Positions 1-10,651 of a stretch of DNA of 64,000 nucleotides are shown in pieces. The notes beneath the pieces were generated by a model, which saw nothing but the letters and a program-made list of their open reading frames with translations, ran no database searches and was not told the DNA's origin. This DNA is from an uncultured Chloroflexia bacterium (lineage in GTDB: Bacteria; Chloroflexota; Limnocylindria; Limnocylindrales; CSP1-4): contig CAVYIM010000007.1 in assembly GCA_963768655.1 (NCBI GenBank), positions 224,001 to 288,000 on the forward strand, given 5' to 3'. The position numbers were made by a program, and so were the translations under genes. How positions within the stretch are numbered: position 1 is the stretch's first letter; the number at the start of each line of letters is the position of its first letter.

Positions 1-87
1 CTCTATCACACCCTGGTGCTGCTGAGAGAACGAGGGCTGGAGCCGGCGGCGGTCGTCGGCCGCCTCCGTGAACGCCACAAGCCGTAG
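1..87 (+). CDS. hisE: 3' end of phosphoribosyl-ATP diphosphatase (HisE or HisIE), partial
   Basis: Frame 1 reads LYHTLVLLRERGLEPAAVVGRLRERHKP*, matching the HisE C-terminal LYH.LVLL...L..RH pattern; truncated by window edge. Confidence 0.75.
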   Translation, partial: LYHTLVLLRERGLEPAAVVGRLRERHKP

Positions 88-109
88 GCGCGCCGTCCAC
101 GACCGATCT

Positions 110-1432
110 TCAGCTCTTCAGTCGGCCGATCCGAAGGGCCTTCTTGCCCATCCGCACCACGAGGTAGCGGCCATCGATCGGTGAGGGCACGGCGTCCTCC
201 GGCGCGCCGACGCGCTGGTCGTTGATCGACAGCCCGCCCTGCGAGATCGCCCGGCGAGCCTCCCCGTTGGAGGTGAACAGACCGCTCACGACCGCCAGCG
301 CCAACGCCCCGCCGGCGAGGTCCCCGGGGGTGTACTCAAAGTGGTCGATGGCCTCGAACAGGCCGGCCAGCAGCTCCGGGTCGCGGATCGGCTCCTTCGA
401 GAAGGCGGCTTCGCTGATGCGGACCGCCTTCCTGGCGTCCTCGTCGCCGTGGACGCGCGCCGTCAGGTCGTAGCCCATCGCCTTCTGGGCTACGCGCGTC
501 TCGGGGTGCGCGGCTTGCTGGGCCTCGAGATCCTCGACCTTGGCCCGATCGAAGAGGGTGAACCAGCGCAGGTACAGGCCGATGTCCCGGTCGTCCGCAT
601 CGAGCCAGTACTGGTAGAACTGGTAGGGGCTGGTCTTGCCGGGATCGAGCCAGACGCTCGTCCCTGCGGCGGTCTTGCCGAACTTGGCGCCGCTCTCGTT
701 GGTCAGAAGCGGGTACGAGAGCCCGTACGCCAGGTCCTGCGCCTCCCCGGTGCCGAACTCCTTGCGGATCAGCTCCAGGCCCGCGGTGATGTTGCCCCAC
801 TGGTCGGCGCCGCCCATCTGCATCTCCACGCCGCCGGTGCGGTAGAGGTGCAGGAAGTCTGCCGCCTGGAGGAGCATGTAGCTGAACTCCGTGAAGCTCA
901 GGCCCTGGTCGAGGCGGATCTGGACGGAATCCTTGGCCAGCATGTAGGGCACGGTCAGCTGCTTGCCGATGTCCCGCAGAAACCGCAGCAGCGAGTACGA
1001 GCTCAGCCATTCGTAGTTATCGACCAGCTCGGCGCCGTTGGGACCGTCGAAGTCAAGGAGCCGGGAGAGCTGGCCCTGGATCCCGACGATGTTCTCTTCG
1101 ACCGTCGCCCGACTCAACAACAGCCGCTCGGACGATCTCCCCGACGGATCGCCGATCATCGCCGTCCCGCCGCCCACGACGATCACAGGCGTGCCGCCGG
1201 CGCGCTGCAGGTGGAGCATCCCGAAGATCGGCACCAGGCTGCCGATGTGGAGCGAAGTCCCGGTGGGATCGAAGCCGTTGTAGCCCTTGATGGGAACGCC
1301 GGTCGCGAGCCGTTCGGCCAGGCCGCTGCTGTGCTGGTGCAGCATTCCCCGCCAGCGCAGCTCGTCGAGCAGACCGGCCAGGCCGGTAGCGCTCCCAGAC
1401 CCTCGTCCGCCACTCCTGTCAGCTGCCGTCAT
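110..1432 (-). CDS. tyrS: Tyrosine--tRNA ligase
   Basis: YNGFDPT..SLHIG (HIGH), GGGTAMIGDPSG, MGGADQWGNI, KFGKT (KMSKS-like), C-terminal S4-like domain. Confidence 0.97.
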   Translation of the reverse strand: MTAADRSGGRGSGSATGLAGLLDELRWRGMLHQHSSGLAERLATGVPIKGYNGFDPTGTSLHIGSLVPIFGMLHLQRAGGTPVIVVGGGTAMIGDPSGRSSERLLLSRATVEENIVGIQGQLSRLLDFDGPNGAELVDNYEWLSSYSLLRFLRDIGKQLTVPYMLAKDSVQIRLDQGLSFTEFSYMLLQAADFLHLYRTGGVEMQMGGADQWGNITAGLELIRKEFGTGEAQDLAYGLSYPLLTNESGAKFGKTAAGTSVWLDPGKTSPYQFYQYWLDADDRDIGLYLRWFTLFDRAKVEDLEAQQAAHPETRVAQKAMGYDLTARVHGDEDARKAVRISEAAFSKEPIRDPELLAGLFEAIDHFEYTPGDLAGGALALAVVSGLFTSNGEARRAISQGGLSINDQRVGAPEDAVPSPIDGRYLVVRMGKKALRIGRLKS

Positions 1433-1544
1433 CGCCAGACCCGCTCCTAACTTGCGTCACAGGCTTCGCCGTCGGCCCGTCCGAAGGCCCGGCGGTCGGG
1501 GGTGCGATGACCGCCTTCGCACGTATGCTATCTTGCGAGCCGCC

Positions 1545-4505
1545 ATGCAGACCAGCCTCGCCCGACGCCAACGCCGTCGCCGCAACGGCCGGGGAGCTTC
1601 CCGCGGGGGGGCCGTCAGCCGTTTCGCCCTGATTCTCCCGATGATCCTTCTCGGGGTCATGGTCTTGATCGGGGCGGTCGGCTTCGTCGGGGCAGTGGAT
1701 ATCTATGCCACCTACAGCCGCGATCTGCAGGATCCCAGGCAGCTCCTGCAAAGCATCAACTTCAGCCAGCCGACGGTCCTCTACGACAAGACGGGACAGT
1801 ATTCACTCGCCTCGTACGGGACCGAGAATCGCCGCGTCCTCACGTTCGACGAGATTCCAGACGTCGTTCTCGACGCGACCACCAGCGCCGAAGACAAGAC
1901 CTTCTGGACGAACGAAGGCTTCGACCCGGCCGCCGTCCTGTCGGCATTCCGCGACGCCCTCTCTGGTGCCCCCAGAGGAGCCTCGACGATCACCCAGCAA
2001 CTCGTCAGAGCGGAACTCCTCCCGCCGACCACGAGCCTCGTGGACCGCAAGATCAAGGAGATCATCCAGTCGGTGAAGCTCACCCAGGAATTCCCGGGCG
2101 TGCAGGGCAAGGAAACGATCATCACCGACTATCTCAACCTGAACTTCTACGGAAATGAAAGTTACGGCATCGCCGCGGCCGCCGAGGGGTATTTCGGCAT
2201 CACCGATCTCAGCCAGCTGACGATCGCCCAGAGCGTGATCCTCGCCGCCTTGCTACAAGCCCCGACCGCCTACGACCTGATTCAGAACGCGGTGCAGCAG
2301 CCGGACGGCACCTGGGTTGTCCCGGCGGATTCCGAGATCGTCCAGCGCCGCAACCTGATCCTCGAGGACATGCGCCAGAACCAGCTGGATGGCCTGTTGC
2401 GCGGGACCTACAAGGACGCGGATATTCTCGCGGCCGAGTCTGAGCCGGTGGTCGTTCATCCTCAGCCGCAGAGCCGGTTGATAGCCCCGCAATTCGACGA
2501 GCAGGTTCGCGAACAGCTCGCGGCCCTGCTATGCGGCCCCGGAGTCGACCCGTCTGACTGCGAGAAGGTGGACACCGGCGGTTACAAAGTGGTTACGACG
2601 CTCGACACAACGATGCAGGATTCGGCCGAGAAGTGGCTCGAGGCCTACATCCTGGCCCCGAATCAGGGCTCCAAGCAGGCCGCGATAACCTACCTCGCGG
2701 GGATTGGTATCACGGCCCAGTCTGACCCGTACGACTACTACCGAATAGTCGGGCCGCAGCCGTCGACCGGCCTGGCCACCGGTTTGCTCAATGCCAACAT
2801 GCACAACGGGGCGCTGATGGCGGTCGACTACCGGACCGGCGAGGTGCTCGCCTACGCGGGCAGCGCCGGGTTTTATGAGACGCCGGTGCCGGACCCGACC
2901 AAGCCGGGGCAGAACCTGTTCGATCCGCAGTTCGACGTCCTGAGCAATGGCTACCGCCAGCCGGGCTCCTCGTTCAAGCCCATCAACTACATCGTCGGTC
3001 TTCAGGACAAGACAATGACGGCGGCGTCGCTGTTCATGGACGTAGCCACCAACTTCGGCGGCGGCTATACGCCCCATGACGCCGACAACTATGAGCGCGG
3101 TCCGGTCCGCATGCGCGAGGCCCTCCAATACTCGCTCAACATCCCGGCGGTCAAGGCCGCCTCGATCAACGGGGTGGACCACTTGATGCAGCGCGCCGAG
3201 GACTTCGGGCTGTCCTTCCCCGCGAACTCGAACCCAGGCGTGTCGATCGGCATTGGCACGCTCGAGGTACGGCCGGCCGACCTGGTGTCCGCGTACGGCG
3301 CCATCGCCGACGCAGGAACCCTGGTGCAGCGCTCGATGATCCTGTCTGTCACGGATTCGCAGGGCAACGTCATCTGGTCACTGAAGAACGACCCGCCGCC
3401 CACTACGCATCCGACGACGCCGCAGGCCGCCTACATCATGACCGACATGCTGAAGGGCAACACCGATCCAAGCCAGAACAACTGGTGGAGCCAGTACAAG
3501 CTGTACGACAACGGCCGGCGCGTCGCCGCCCTCAAGACCGGAACCTCCGACCAGACCCAGGATCTGTTCGCGGTCGGCTACGTGGCGCCGCCCACCGATC
3601 CGAACGCACCGGCAATTGTCGCGGGGGTGTGGGCGGGGAACAGCGACGATGCGCCCGGCAGGAGCGTGATGTCCCTGGAGCTGGCTGCGCCGATCTGGCA
3701 TGGGTTCATGCAGGACGTCACCACGGGTACACCCAAGACGGACTTCCAGCAGCCCGGAGGCCTGACCTGGGCCAACGTCGACGCGTACAGCGGAATGCTG
3801 CCGGGCCCCTACTCCGCCAAGACCGTGCGAGAGGTCTTCATCAACGGCACGGTGCCGACCCAGGTCGACGACACCAAGGTCCCGATGGACATCGACACGG
3901 TCACGAACACGCTGTGGACGTACGACTGCCCGGGTGTCGAGGACACGAGGGGGTTCCTGAACTTGAGCCAGGTCGACGCCGGCAACGCCAACTTCCAGTA
4001 CTACGACCAGATCTGGATACAGCGAGCCATGACCGGCGTCGGTAAGAGGGGCGGCCCCAACAACGGCGAGACCATGTACTTCTACCAGACCGGCTTCTGG
4101 ACCCCGTATGGGAACACATGGGGCGCGCCGTTCCCGCCCACGACGTACTGCACCTCCAACACCGGGACACCGCCGCCGACGCCGAGCTTCAGTCCAACGA
4201 CGCCGCCCACGCCGACCGCGCCGCCGACACCCACGCCGACGCCCGCGCCGACCATGGGGCCTACGCCTACGCCGCCGCCTACACCGACACCGGCGCCGAC
4301 CGCGGCTCCAACTCCCACGCCGACGCCCACTGGGACTCCGACGCCGGCACCCGCGCCGCCATCGCCGGCCACGTCCGCCCTGATGTTCCCGTGGTTCGCG
4401 CTCGTTTCGCTCTTCGGCCGAAAGGGTCGGACGCTCCGGGGCCGCCTCTCACGAGCGTCGAAGCAGAGTCCTCGCGAGATCGGTCGCGATCGCCAGCTCA
4501 GGTAG
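1545..4505 (+). CDS. Class A penicillin-binding protein (transglycosylase + transpeptidase) with Pro/Thr-rich C-terminal extension
   Basis: N-terminal basic + TM segment; GT51 motifs AEDKTFWTNEG, GASTITQQL, RKIKE, YLN..FYG; transpeptidase RQPGSSFKP (SxxK), YSLN (SxN), KTGTS. ATG 1545 chosen 10 nt after extended -10 TGCTATCTT (1526-1534). Confidence 0.93.
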   Translation: MQTSLARRQRRRRNGRGASRGGAVSRFALILPMILLGVMVLIGAVGFVGAVDIYATYSRDLQDPRQLLQSINFSQPTVLYDKTGQYSLASYGTENRRVLTFDEIPDVVLDATTSAEDKTFWTNEGFDPAAVLSAFRDALSGAPRGASTITQQLVRAELLPPTTSLVDRKIKEIIQSVKLTQEFPGVQGKETIITDYLNLNFYGNESYGIAAAAEGYFGITDLSQLTIAQSVILAALLQAPTAYDLIQNAVQQPDGTWVVPADSEIVQRRNLILEDMRQNQLDGLLRGTYKDADILAAESEPVVVHPQPQSRLIAPQFDEQVREQLAALLCGPGVDPSDCEKVDTGGYKVVTTLDTTMQDSAEKWLEAYILAPNQGSKQAAITYLAGIGITAQSDPYDYYRIVGPQPSTGLATGLLNANMHNGALMAVDYRTGEVLAYAGSAGFYETPVPDPTKPGQNLFDPQFDVLSNGYRQPGSSFKPINYIVGLQDKTMTAASLFMDVATNFGGGYTPHDADNYERGPVRMREALQYSLNIPAVKAASINGVDHLMQRAEDFGLSFPANSNPGVSIGIGTLEVRPADLVSAYGAIADAGTLVQRSMILSVTDSQGNVIWSLKNDPPPTTHPTTPQAAYIMTDMLKGNTDPSQNNWWSQYKLYDNGRRVAALKTGTSDQTQDLFAVGYVAPPTDPNAPAIVAGVWAGNSDDAPGRSVMSLELAAPIWHGFMQDVTTGTPKTDFQQPGGLTWANVDAYSGMLPGPYSAKTVREVFINGTVPTQVDDTKVPMDIDTVTNTLWTYDCPGVEDTRGFLNLSQVDAGNANFQYYDQIWIQRAMTGVGKRGGPNNGETMYFYQTGFWTPYGNTWGAPFPPTTYCTSNTGTPPPTPSFSPTTPPTPTAPPTPTPTPAPTMGPTPTPPPTPTPAPTAAPTPTPTPTGTPTPAPAPPSPATSALMFPWFALVSLFGRKGRTLRGRLSRASKQSPREIGRDRQLR
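4168..4375 (+). repeat. Low-complexity Pro-Thr coding repeat in PBP tail
   Basis: Imperfect ccgacg/acgccg hexamer tract encoding TPPPTPS...PTPTPTP. Confidence 0.8.
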
Positions 4506-6209
4506 ACGCAGGATGCGGCTCCAAACGAGGTAGACTCCCGCGCCGGCGAGGCAGGCCGCCCCAAGCTCGAGGACGAGGGCCGGGAACCACGTCGAGCCGT
4601 GGGTCAGGCTGCTGACAAACCGGTCCGTCGCGAGTGCCCCTGCGGCCGTGAGCGACGCTCCCGGAATGGCGAAGGCCACAGTCAGACCGAGCGGTCGAAG
4701 ATCGAAGCCCGGGCGGCGCCGCATGAAGTAGAACAGCATCGAGACTTCTGCCCACGCCCCGATGCCGATGGCCAGCGCCAGGCCTCCGAGCCCGAAATAC
4801 GGGAAGAGCACTGCCGCTGCAACGACATCGATCGCGACGGCCAGCAGCGCCGCCGTTACCGGAGTGCGTGTGTCCTTGCCCGCGTAGAAGATCGGGGCGA
4901 GGAGCGAGATGAGCACGTGGGCGACCAGCCCGAGCAGGAAGACGACGAAGACCGGCACCGCTATCGACGTCTCCTCCGGCGTGAAGATGCCGTGCTGGAA
5001 CAAGAGGGTCAGTGTCGGCGTCGCGAGCACGATCATCAGCCCGGTGAGCGGAACGACCACGTACAGCGTCAGTCGCAGAGCCTGATCCACCAGCCGGCCG
5101 AAGCGCTCCCTGTCGCCCTTCGCAATAGCCTGAGACAGTGGAGGCAGCAGCACGATCCCAAGCGGCACACCTATCAGGCCGACGGGGATCTGAAGGGCCG
5201 TGAAGGCATATGTGTAGATGTCGATGCCGTTGATCTGCTGGCCCCCGAGGTTGGTGAGCTGGAACGCGAAGAAGGTGTTCACCAGGAAGACGATCTGTGT
5301 CACGCCGAGCCCGAGCGCCCGCGGCGCCATGAGTTTGAGCGTCTCTTTGACCGCGGGATCGTGCACATCCAGCACGAGGCCGTACAGGCCCTGCTTGCGA
5401 ACGGCGTAGGTCTGGATTCCCATGTGCCCGGCTGCCCCCAGCACCACGCCCGCCGCAAGTCCCTGGATGCCCATGAAGGGCGTCAACGCGACCGTGGCCC
5501 CGATGATCACGAGGTTGTATACGTTGGGCGCCAGTGCTGGGGCACCGAAGATGCCGGACGCGTTGAGGCCGGCGGTGAAGGCCGCCGCCAGCGCAAGGAA
5601 GATCGGCGAGATCAGCATCCAGCGCGTCAGGTCGATCTCGAGGGCGATTTCCGCCGGGTCGTTGCTGGGACCGATGATCGGCACGATCAGCGGCGCTGCC
5701 AGCCACACCAGCACCGCCAGCGGCACCAGGGCCATGACCATCAGATTGGCGATCGTGGCCACCAGACGGCGAGCGCGGCGATCCTCGCCATTGGCCAGGA
5801 GTGCGGAGGCTACGGGTACCAGCGCGGAGCCGACTGCGCCGGCGGCGACGAGCTGGAACAGGGTATCTGGGATGCGGAAAGCCACGTAGAACGCCGCGAT
5901 CTGCGGTCCGGCGCCGTACTGGGCGGCGAACACGGCAACCCTGACCCAGCCCAGCAGACGAGAGACGAAGACCCCGGCCACGACGACCATTCCGGCCAAA
6001 GCGATGGCGCGACCGCCGAGCCGGGCAGCGGACGCTTCGGAAAGGCCGGGAGTGGCCGGATTCGTCGGGTCGCCGGCGAGCACGGCGTCACCCGCGGCGA
6101 CCTCGCGGGCGGGCTGAAGCGCTCGGCGCGGCTGCCATTCGTCGTGGCGTGGCGAGCTCAGTCGCTGGCTACCCGGAACGTGGCGGGAGGGCCGGCGATG
6201 GCCGCTCAC
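4449..6209 (-). CDS. murJ: Lipid II flippase MurJ (MviN)
   Basis: SRLLGWVR, AFYVAFRIPD, LQIPVGLIG, FYAGKDTRTP, many TM helices. Start uncertain: in-frame GTG 6209 overlaps the femX stop (GTGA); alternative GTG 6083. Confidence 0.92.
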   Translation of the reverse strand: MSGHRRPSRHVPGSQRLSSPRHDEWQPRRALQPAREVAAGDAVLAGDPTNPATPGLSEASAARLGGRAIALAGMVVVAGVFVSRLLGWVRVAVFAAQYGAGPQIAAFYVAFRIPDTLFQLVAAGAVGSALVPVASALLANGEDRRARRLVATIANLMVMALVPLAVLVWLAAPLIVPIIGPSNDPAEIALEIDLTRWMLISPIFLALAAAFTAGLNASGIFGAPALAPNVYNLVIIGATVALTPFMGIQGLAAGVVLGAAGHMGIQTYAVRKQGLYGLVLDVHDPAVKETLKLMAPRALGLGVTQIVFLVNTFFAFQLTNLGGQQINGIDIYTYAFTALQIPVGLIGVPLGIVLLPPLSQAIAKGDRERFGRLVDQALRLTLYVVVPLTGLMIVLATPTLTLLFQHGIFTPEETSIAVPVFVVFLLGLVAHVLISLLAPIFYAGKDTRTPVTAALLAVAIDVVAAAVLFPYFGLGGLALAIGIGAWAEVSMLFYFMRRRPGFDLRPLGLTVAFAIPGASLTAAGALATDRFVSSLTHGSTWFPALVLELGAACLAGAGVYLVWSRILRLPELAIATDLARTLLRRS

Positions 6210-7321
6210 CGGAAACGCCCGGCGAGCCGCCAGAACACGCCCGAGAGCGCGCCTGGGGCGTACTCGTGGGCCCGAATGCGGACCTCGCCGACCGCGCCGA
6301 GGCGGCGCTTGAACTCGTACAGGTTCCAGAGCGGATGCGAGCTGTCCGCAGGCAGGCCGGGGAACTCGTGCGTGTCCACGCCGCCGAGATCGTAGCCTTC
6401 GAACCCGGCCGTGACGGCCCATCGCATGATCGACCAGTGCAGCAGGTGGTTGGCCCGGTTCTTTCGGAGATCGGCGTCGTCGTGAGATCCTGCCGCGAAC
6501 AGGACCACGTATCGGCCACTGTGGAGGAGCAGAAGGCCGCTTCGCCGGCGGCCCTCGGCGCTGGCGAACCACAAGCTCGCCAGGCCCATCTGGCCGAGAC
6601 TCCGCCACTGGTTCAGCTCGTACTCTCGGTCGCGCACAACGAAGCCTTCGCGCCGGCCGGTGGCGGCGTGCATCTCGAAGAACTCGGCCAGTGCCGCCTC
6701 GCGGACCGCCGGCGACGTCAGGTCGATCCGTTCAGTTGTCACGCCCGCGCGCCGGGCCTTGTTGATGTTGGTGGCCGTCGAGTCGTCCAGGAGCGCGTGC
6801 TGCTCCTCCTCGTCGGCGCGCAGCGGAACCACCATCGCCGTGCGCGACACCTGGACTTCCCGGGCCGCCGGCCGAAACCCCGACCCGGGCAGCGTCGCCG
6901 CGAAATCGCTGTCCTCGCGCCAGGTGGGGTCGATCGTGAGCGTCAGGCTGTGATGCGCCCGGGCAATGCCCCTCAGGGCCGCCAGAGCCGCCGTGGCGGC
7001 CTCGGGCGTCGCTTCCAGTAGGATTGGGCCTCGTGGGGCGTAGTGGATGTGCGGGCGCACCGGCCCCGGCGCGCGGCGCAGCAGAGGCCGCTCCTGGATG
7101 AAGACGGCGGCGACGCGCCGGCCGTCCAGCTCGACGGCGTAGCGGAGCGGCGTCCAGCCCAGGCCGCGCTTGATCTCGCCCCATTCGTACGACTGGAACG
7201 CGTCGCCGAGCGGACTGCGGGCCGCCAGTGCGTCCCAATCCGCCGCCGCCCAGCCACTCGCGTCGATGACGCGGGGCATGGCGGAAACGGCCGCTTGCCT
7301 TGTCTGCACCAACTCCTCCAC
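6206..7321 (-). CDS. FemABX-family aminoacyl-tRNA-dependent peptidoglycan bridge transferase (FemX-like)
   Basis: FQSYEWGEIK..LGW, HYAPRGP, NINKARRAGV, ANHLLHWSIMRWA, YDLGG, LYEFKRRLG; start uncertain (7321 or 7279). Confidence 0.88.
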   Translation of the reverse strand: MEELVQTRQAAVSAMPRVIDASGWAAADWDALAARSPLGDAFQSYEWGEIKRGLGWTPLRYAVELDGRRVAAVFIQERPLLRRAPGPVRPHIHYAPRGPILLEATPEAATAALAALRGIARAHHSLTLTIDPTWREDSDFAATLPGSGFRPAAREVQVSRTAMVVPLRADEEEQHALLDDSTATNINKARRAGVTTERIDLTSPAVREAALAEFFEMHAATGRREGFVVRDREYELNQWRSLGQMGLASLWFASAEGRRRSGLLLLHSGRYVVLFAAGSHDDADLRKNRANHLLHWSIMRWAVTAGFEGYDLGGVDTHEFPGLPADSSHPLWNLYEFKRRLGAVGEVRIRAHEYAPGALSGVFWRLAGRFR

Positions 7322-7441
7322 AGGGCCGCGACGCGTGACGGTCCGGGCCGCAGGTGACCAATTCTCGCATCCTGCGGCACAGAGCGCGGGCTGAGTCTGG
7401 ATAACGGGTGAGCCCCGCGTGCCGGCCAGTCCGATCGGAGC

Positions 7442-9917
7442 TCAGAAGGCGACCACCGTAGCGCCGTCGCCGCCCTCCCCTCGCCCGCCGGGACGCCACG
7501 ATTTCACCAGCGGATGGCCCGACGCGAACTCGCGGACCGCGTCGCGGAGCGCACCCGTGCCCAGGCCGTGGATGATCGTGGCCTGCTCCAGGCCGGCCAG
7601 CGAGACGTCGTCGAGGTACCGGTCCAGGACCTCCAGCGCCTCACCGACCTTCGCCCCGCGAAGATCCAGTGAGGACGCGACGGTTCGCGCCCGTTCCAGC
7701 TGCAGCCGCGAGGCGGTCGTCCCGGCCTCCCCATCGCCCGTCGCTGCCAGTCGGCGGCCGCCCGGCCTCGAATCGATGGCCGCTCCCTCCCCTTCTCCGC
7801 CGACCGCCGGCTCCAGGTCCTCCAGCGGGACCGTCACGCGTATGCCTCCGGCCTCGAGAGTGGCGCGCCGGCCGCCCTTCTCCAGCGCGGCGATGCGGCC
7901 CTCCCACCCGCCGCTGATGCTGCGGGCGCGCATTCCGGTGTGCCAGGCCACCGCGCCCGGGCGTACCGTTCGAATCGGTTCGGGATCTGCCGGAGGGAGG
8001 CGCTCGAGCTGCGTCCTGGCCCGCTCGAGCCCTTCGTCGAGACTGCGTTGCGTCACCGTCTCGCGCTCGAGCTGGCGGCGGATCGTCCGAACTTCGGCCC
8101 TGACGTCGTCGACGAGCCGCTCGGCCTCGTCCCGGGCTGCCTTGACCGATTCGTCTCGCTCGCGCCGAGCGCGGCGTCGTTCGTCCTCCGCCGACGCGAG
8201 CGCAGCCCTGGCCCGGTCCTCGGCCGTGCGTGCTCGGGCGAGCGCTTCGGTCGTCTCGAGCTGAGTGGCCTTGATCGACGCCAGCGTCTCCTCGAAGGCC
8301 TGCTGCTCGTCCGTGAGCCTCGATCGAGCCTCCGCCACTATCGCCGGCGGCAGGCCCAACCGTTCGGCTATGGCGAAGGCCTGGCTCTGGCCCGGCAGGC
8401 CGATCGACAGCTTGTAGGTCGGGCGGAGCGTCTCCACGTCGAACTCGACGGAGGCGTTTCGAGCCTGCGGCGTGGTGTGGGCGTACAGCTTCAGCTCGGC
8501 GTAGTGGGTCGTGGCGGCGACCAGGGCGCCGGCCCTGATGAAGTGATCGAGCAGGGCCTGTGCCAGCGCGGAATCCTTCGGTCGGATCGGTCCCGGCGCC
8601 GAGCTCGTCCAGGAGAACAAGGTGATTCGGTCCCGCGGCCTCGACGATTCGAACGATCGAGCGCAGGTGTCCGCTGAAGGTGGAGAGAGACTGCGCGACC
8701 GACTGTTCGTCCCCGATGTCGGCGTAGACGTCGAAGAGGATCGGCAGGCTGGTGCCCGCCTCGGCGGGCACGTGCAGACCGGCCTGGTGCATCAGGCTGA
8801 GCAGACCCAGCGTTCGCAGCGCGACCGTCTTTCCGCCCGTGTTCGGGCCAGTGATCAGCAACGCGGTGTAGCCGTCTCCGAGGCGGATGTCGATCGGCAC
8901 CACCCGGCCAGGTAGGCCCGGATGACGCGCGCCGAGCATCACGATCTCGGGTCGAGTCGCGATCTCGGCGGCGATGGCGTCCATATCCTCGGCCAGGCGC
9001 GCCTTGGCGGCCCAGAAGTCGAATCTGGCCAGCGCATCGAGCGTTTCGCGGAGCTGGGGCGCCTGGCCGGCCACGAGAGTGGACAGCTCGTCGAGGATGC
9101 GCTCGACCTCCGTCTGTTCGGCGACCTGCGCCTCGCGCCACGCGTTGCCGAGCTCGACGGCCACGAGCGGCTCCACGAACAGCGTCTGGCCGCTGCCGGA
9201 GGCGTCATGGACGATGCCCTTCACCCGGCTGCGCGCGTCGGCCCGGACCGGGATGACGTACCTGCCGCCGCGCAGCGTCACCAGCGGCTCCTGAAGGGCG
9301 CTTGCAATGTCGCCGGAGTGGACCAGTTGATCCAGGCGGGTGCGTAGCCGGTCGTAGGCGACGCGCACGGCGCGGCGGAGTCCACCGAGGCGCGGTGACG
9401 CCGTATCGAGCAGCTCACCGGTTGGGTCGAAGCTGCGGCCGAGCACGCTGCGCAGGGCCGGCAGCGGGTGGATCTCGCGGCCGAGATCATGCAGGATCGG
9501 GCGCCGATCGCCGGACAGCGCCTCGGCCAGACGGGAGGCGGCCTCGAGCGTGGCGGCGATGTCAAGGAACTGGCCCGGATCCAGGCGACCGCGGCGGGCA
9601 GCGCGCTCCAGCGCCGGTCCGATGTCCTTGCTGCCGCCGATGCCGGCGCCCGGGTGGGCGGCCACGAAAGCGCGCGTCTGAGTCGTCTCCTCGAGCCCGT
9701 GGGCCACGATCACACGATCGGTCGACGGCTCGAGAGCCTCCGCGAGGCGGCGCCCCGGTGGGAACCCGGTCGCGGCGGCAAGCCGCGCGCGGACCAGCGG
9801 GAATTCCAACAGCGCCATGGAGCGCCGATCCATGTGCGCGCCCGGGCCGGGGCCGGCAATTGCAGGCTTAGCGGCCGCGTGGCCGGCCGCAACGTTGTCG
9901 AGGCCGGACGCGCTCAT
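7442..9917 (-). CDS. mutS2: Endonuclease MutS2 with C-terminal Smr domain; +1 frameshift near 8572
   Basis: ITGPNTGGKT, ADIGDEQS.AQSLSTFS, LDELGAGTDPTEG in one frame, then SALAQALL..TTHYAELK and Smr LDLRG..IIHGLGTGALR in another; removing one T from GGATTCC restores EGSALAQ. ATG 9917 overlaps the mpg stop (ATGA). Confidence 0.92.
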
Positions 9918-10651
9918 CGAGTCGCCCTCGAGCCCGACACGGCCGGATTGCCCGCCGCCCAGACCCGCCACGGTTTGCTGAGCCAGGGTTCCGGCGTGGC
10001 GCCGAGGCCGACGCGCGGACCGAACGTCGGCTCCAGCGCCGGGTCGTCCGGGCGGGCCGGCTCCAGGCGGAGCGAGGCAGCCGGATCGCACAGATCCGCG
10101 CCGTCCTCGTCGCGTCCGATCGAGAAAGCGGCGCAGACCAGGCCCGGTCCGGAGGCGAGCCGCTCGATGGGCAGCGCGGCCACTCTCTGGCGGGCGGCGG
10201 CGGCCCGCGCGGCTCCCGCGAGGCCGTCATCATGCCGAGCGGCTCGGGCCACGATCCACTCCTGCCGGGCGCGGCGCATCAGGTCCGCTCCGTCTACCGG
10301 ATCGACGGAGCGCACGAGCAGGGCCGCGGGAAAGCCGCGCGGCTGGGTCACGACGTTCAAGCAGTGGTACATCCCATAGACAAGGTACACGTAGGCGTGG
10401 CCCGGCGGGCCGAACATGACGCCGTTGCGCTTCGTCGGTCCGAAGCGCGCGTGAGACGCCCTATCGTCGATCCCGATGTAGGCCTCGATCTCGACGATCC
10501 TGCCTACCCTTACGCCGGAAGCGTCGCTTCGGACCAGTCGTGCGCCCAGCAACTCGCGCGCCGCGGCGAGACTGTCCTCCTCGAGCAGGCCGCGCGGGTA
10601 CGCGCCGGTCGAGGAAGTGAGGCAGGATTCGATCGTGTCAGGCTCGCTCAG
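9914..10651 (-). CDS. mpg: 3-methyladenine DNA glycosylase (MPG/AAG family)
   Basis: GRIVEIEAY, ASHA, MFGPPGHAYVYLVYGMYHCLNVV, LASGPG, GPRVG; probable CTG start at 10651 overlapping the cvpA stop. Confidence 0.9.
   Translation of the reverse strand: MSEPDTIESCLTSSTGAYPRGLLEEDSLAAARELLGARLVRSDASGVRVGRIVEIEAYIGIDDRASHARFGPTKRNGVMFGPPGHAYVYLVYGMYHCLNVVTQPRGFPAALLVRSVDPVDGADLMRRARQEWIVARAARHDDGLAGAARAAAARQRVAALPIERLASGPGLVCAAFSIGRDEDGADLCDPAASLRLEPARPDDPALEPTFGPRVGLGATPEPWLSKPWRVWAAGNPAVSGSRATR

Noticed and set aside
1433-1544. T-box upstream of tyrS
   Set aside because: The divergent spacer is only about 110 bp and has no GGTGG.ACC motif
8560-8590. Programmed frameshifting in mutS2 or recN
   Set aside because: No slippery heptamer or stimulatory structure seen; the shift breaks a conserved ATPase motif, and recN needs two shifts within 30 nt
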